Of a stretch of 64,000 nucleotides of DNA, positions 61,916-64,000 are shown piece by piece; the first letter of the stretch is position 1; every line of letters starts with the position of its first letter. The stretch lies in contig URHI01000001.1 in assembly GCA_900547565.1 (NCBI GenBank), positions 3,533 through 67,532 of the forward strand, given 5' to 3'. The DNA comes from an uncultured Eubacteriales bacterium (GTDB lineage Bacteria; Bacillota; Clostridia; Oscillospirales; CAG-272). Both the position numbers and the translations under genes were made by a program. The notes under the pieces are model-generated. The model made no database searches and was not told the DNA's origin. It saw only the letters and a program-made list of their open reading frames with translations.

Positions 61916-62707
61916 TTACCACTTTGCACCGCTGTTGTGGTAGGGCGTTCCGATAAAGCCTACCTGCGTGAAATCGTCCGGATTGTTGCGGATAATGTAA
62001 TCTATATATGACGATATAACACGTGACGCCATAAGATATCCCGCTGCATTGAGGTGCCCGCCAAGGTAGAAATTGCGTCTGAACTCGTCATCGCACCGCG
62101 GAACATACTTTTCAAGGTCAACAACATACGTCCACTCAAACAACGCGGCTATGTCGTGTATCAGCCCGGCCAGCTCGGTGACCTTGTCGTCCTTATCACG
62201 GTTGAAGCCGTGCGGCAGCGTAAGCAGGAAGAACCGTGCTTTGGGCTGAATCTGCTTGTAACGCTGAATGATCTGACCATAATATCCCGCAAACGTTGGC
62301 TTGCTCAGATGGTAATCCTCAACATTGATGTCGGACGCACTGCCAAGCTCTATGTGGTTGATGTCGTTGCAACCAAGCGCAATGGTATAGGCCTGACATG
62401 CAAGCTCGGGAGCCCAGAAGCCGCGCGACTCGGCAAAGCTCTCGCAGTAATTCTTGGCCGTCATTCCACCCTTGGAGAAGTTGTAAACCTTGATGCCGGC
62501 GGCACGGGCAATGTACTGCCCCCACGAATATTCGAAATAATCGTGATATCCCTTTTTGTTGTTGTCGTCCAACGACTCGAACTCGCCGGACGACAGGCTG
62601 TCCCCGATACACCCCATAGTGCGGAAAATGCCGCACAGTCCTCCATCCGGCAGTAAACGCTCGAGCGGCTTCTCGCCGGGAATAGCCATATACGATCTTA
62701 TATCCAT
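61916..62707 (-). CDS. SGNH/GDSL-type hydrolase
   Basis: Block I reads MGCIGDSLSSGE. Block III reads ALGCNDIN. GHLN near the C-terminus resembles block V. Confidence 0.8.
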   Translation of the reverse strand: MDIRSYMAIPGEKPLERLLPDGGLCGIFRTMGCIGDSLSSGEFESLDDNNKKGYHDYFEYSWGQYIARAAGIKVYNFSKGGMTAKNYCESFAESRGFWAPELACQAYTIALGCNDINHIELGSASDINVEDYHLSKPTFAGYYGQIIQRYKQIQPKARFFLLTLPHGFNRDKDDKVTELAGLIHDIAALFEWTYVVDLEKYVPRCDDEFRRNFYLGGHLNAAGYLMASRVISSYIDYIIRNNPDDFTQVGFIGTPYHNSGAKW

Positions 62708-62917
62708 AACATGTCCTTTCTGCGGGGATGTCCCCTATTATTTGCAGTCATTTTACCACATTCCTGCCGTTTTTTCAATAGTCATGCGCAATTTCGAACT
62801 CAGTTTGCAGTTCGTCTGCGTAAAAAAATCAGTCTTTCATCGTCCGTCCCACTATACGGACTTTCCGGGACGTGCAGATGTAAAACACAAAAATATCCGA
62901 CAAAGGAGAATATGCAC

Positions 62918-63427
62918 ATGAAAAATCTGATTTTTGTCAACGGAACCATGGGTGCCGGAAAGACCTCGGTATGCCGGGAGTTGAAAATGCTGCTGCCGCC
63001 GTCGGTTTTTCTGGACGGCGACTGGTGCTGGGATGCCTTTCCCTTCTCCGTTACAGACGGTACACGGCAAATGGTAGTAAACAATATCTGCTTTATGCTC
63101 AACAGCTTTTTGAAGTGCAGTGAATACCAAAACATCATTTTTTGCTGGGTAATGCACGAGCAGACAATAGTCGACAGTATTCTGTCACGCCTCTCGCTCG
63201 ACGGTGTGAAATTCCGTCTGTTCACGCTGACTCTGTCTGAGGAGGCTTTGCGGACACGTCTGGGCGCTGATGTTGCCGCCGGGATACGTCAGCCGGACGT
63301 GATTGAGCGTAGTGTTGCGCGTCTGCCGCTATACCGTGCTATGGACAGCACAAAAATCGATGTGACCTATATAAACGCACATCAAGCGGCCGCCGAAATA
63401 GCTGCAGAATACATAAAGGCGGATTGA
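62918..63427 (+). CDS. P-loop NTPase, small-molecule-kinase-like (AAA_33-like)
   Basis: MKNLIFVNGTMGAGKTSV is the Walker A. The RBS aaggag is better spaced for the ATG at 62918 than for the one at 62912. Confidence 0.6.
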   Translation: MKNLIFVNGTMGAGKTSVCRELKMLLPPSVFLDGDWCWDAFPFSVTDGTRQMVVNNICFMLNSFLKCSEYQNIIFCWVMHEQTIVDSILSRLSLDGVKFRLFTLTLSEEALRTRLGADVAAGIRQPDVIERSVARLPLYRAMDSTKIDVTYINAHQAAAEIAAEYIKAD

Positions 63428-63505
63428 CCTCTCCTTGCGCCGGAGAGTCGTGCAGCCGGCGTGAACAAATACAAAAAACACCCCGGTGATATAAATCATC
63501 GGGGT

Positions 63506-64000
63506 TCAGCTGTTGAAAAGTATAAATCCTATTGTATTTGTGGCAAAATTGGCGAACATGTGAGCAAGCCATGACAGGTAAATATTGTTGAATTTTTCGT
63601 CAAGCCAGTTGAAAATCACGCCGCCGGCGAACAAGCCGACCAGCGACAGCAAAACCACAGGCCAGCCGAACCAGCCTATCATCATGGCAATATGGTAAAG
63701 TGCAAACATTGCTGCGCTGAACAAATAAGCAATTGTGCGCCCGGCATGTTTTTTCAGTGTAAGGAAGGCAAATCCGCGGAAAAAGTATTCCTCCAGAAGC
63801 GAATTTACAAATGAAATATACAGCGCTACGTACAGAAAATTCTGCCGGTTTACGCCGGTGGTGGAGGTCAGGCTTTTGGTCAGTGCGGAGAAGTCGAACA
63901 CATCCTTGAACACGAAATACGCCGTCAGAACAACGGCATAGACCGCTATTCCGGTTGCCGCTGCAATCAAAATGCCTCTTTTATCCGGCACAAACACCCT
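63506..64000 (-). CDS. CPBP family intramembrane glutamic endopeptidase (CAAX protease/Abi); the 5' end probably lies beyond the window
   Basis: Motif 1 is LLEEYFFRGF, motif 2 is FALYHI and motif 3 is WLAHMFANF. The ORF remains open at the window edge. Confidence 0.8.
   Translation of the reverse strand, partial: RVFVPDKRGILIAAATGIAVYAVVLTAYFVFKDVFDFSALTKSLTSTTGVNRQNFLYVALYISFVNSLLEEYFFRGFAFLTLKKHAGRTIAYLFSAAMFALYHIAMMIGWFGWPVVLLSLVGLFAGGVIFNWLDEKFNNIYLSWLAHMFANFATNTIGFILFNS

Overview
The window looks like ordinary chromosome from a spore-forming, anaerobic Firmicute (Clostridia-like). Supporting genes are sigG, spoVAC, a class III ribonucleotide reductase and many Thr-rich lipoproteins. I found no rRNA, tRNA, CRISPR array, transposase or integrase. 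About 55 CDS are supportable.

Housekeeping genes: fba, pgi, rplS, dus, cinA, galE, galM, trxB, a DD-carboxypeptidase, sigG and spoVAC.

Main blocks:
- A PadR-DUF1700-DUF4097 triad at 560-2383.
- A roughly 12 kb minus-strand operon at 2481-14382. It combines two surface lipoproteins with cytoplasmic sugar or cyclitol catabolic enzymes: a DegT aminotransferase, TIM-barrel isomerases, a ceramidase-fold protein, a Gfo/Idh/MocA oxidoreductase, a class-I xylose-isomerase-like protein, a PfkB kinase and an AraC regulator.
- An antitoxin-less mazF.
- Two ECF sigma loci.
- A GntR(YtrA)-ABC module.
- An Opp-type ABC importer in which every subunit is oversized.
- nrdG, nrdD and trxB, with a redoxin domain fused to NrdD.
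- An anomeric-kinase / nucleotidyltransferase / galE / galM operon.

Most interesting observations:
1. A cassette recurs three times. An orphan SBP-like lipoprotein sits directly upstream of a surface lipoprotein that carries a shared ~110-aa N-terminal module fused to a different phosphoesterase domain in each copy (MBL fold, alkaline phosphatase, GDPD).
2. In the third cassette the C-terminal half of the SBP-like protein is fused in frame to a complete ECF sigma factor.
3. NrdD carries a fused glutaredoxin-like domain and is followed by trxB.
4. OppD and OppF carry very large helical insertions.
5. A ~110-nt three-hairpin element is present twice in inverted orientation 43 kb apart. One copy forms the 5' leader of a GNAT gene.
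6. A perfect 14-bp hairpin sequesters the sigG ribosome-binding site directly downstream of rplS.

All functional calls come from reading motifs in the supplied translations. No database search was run.
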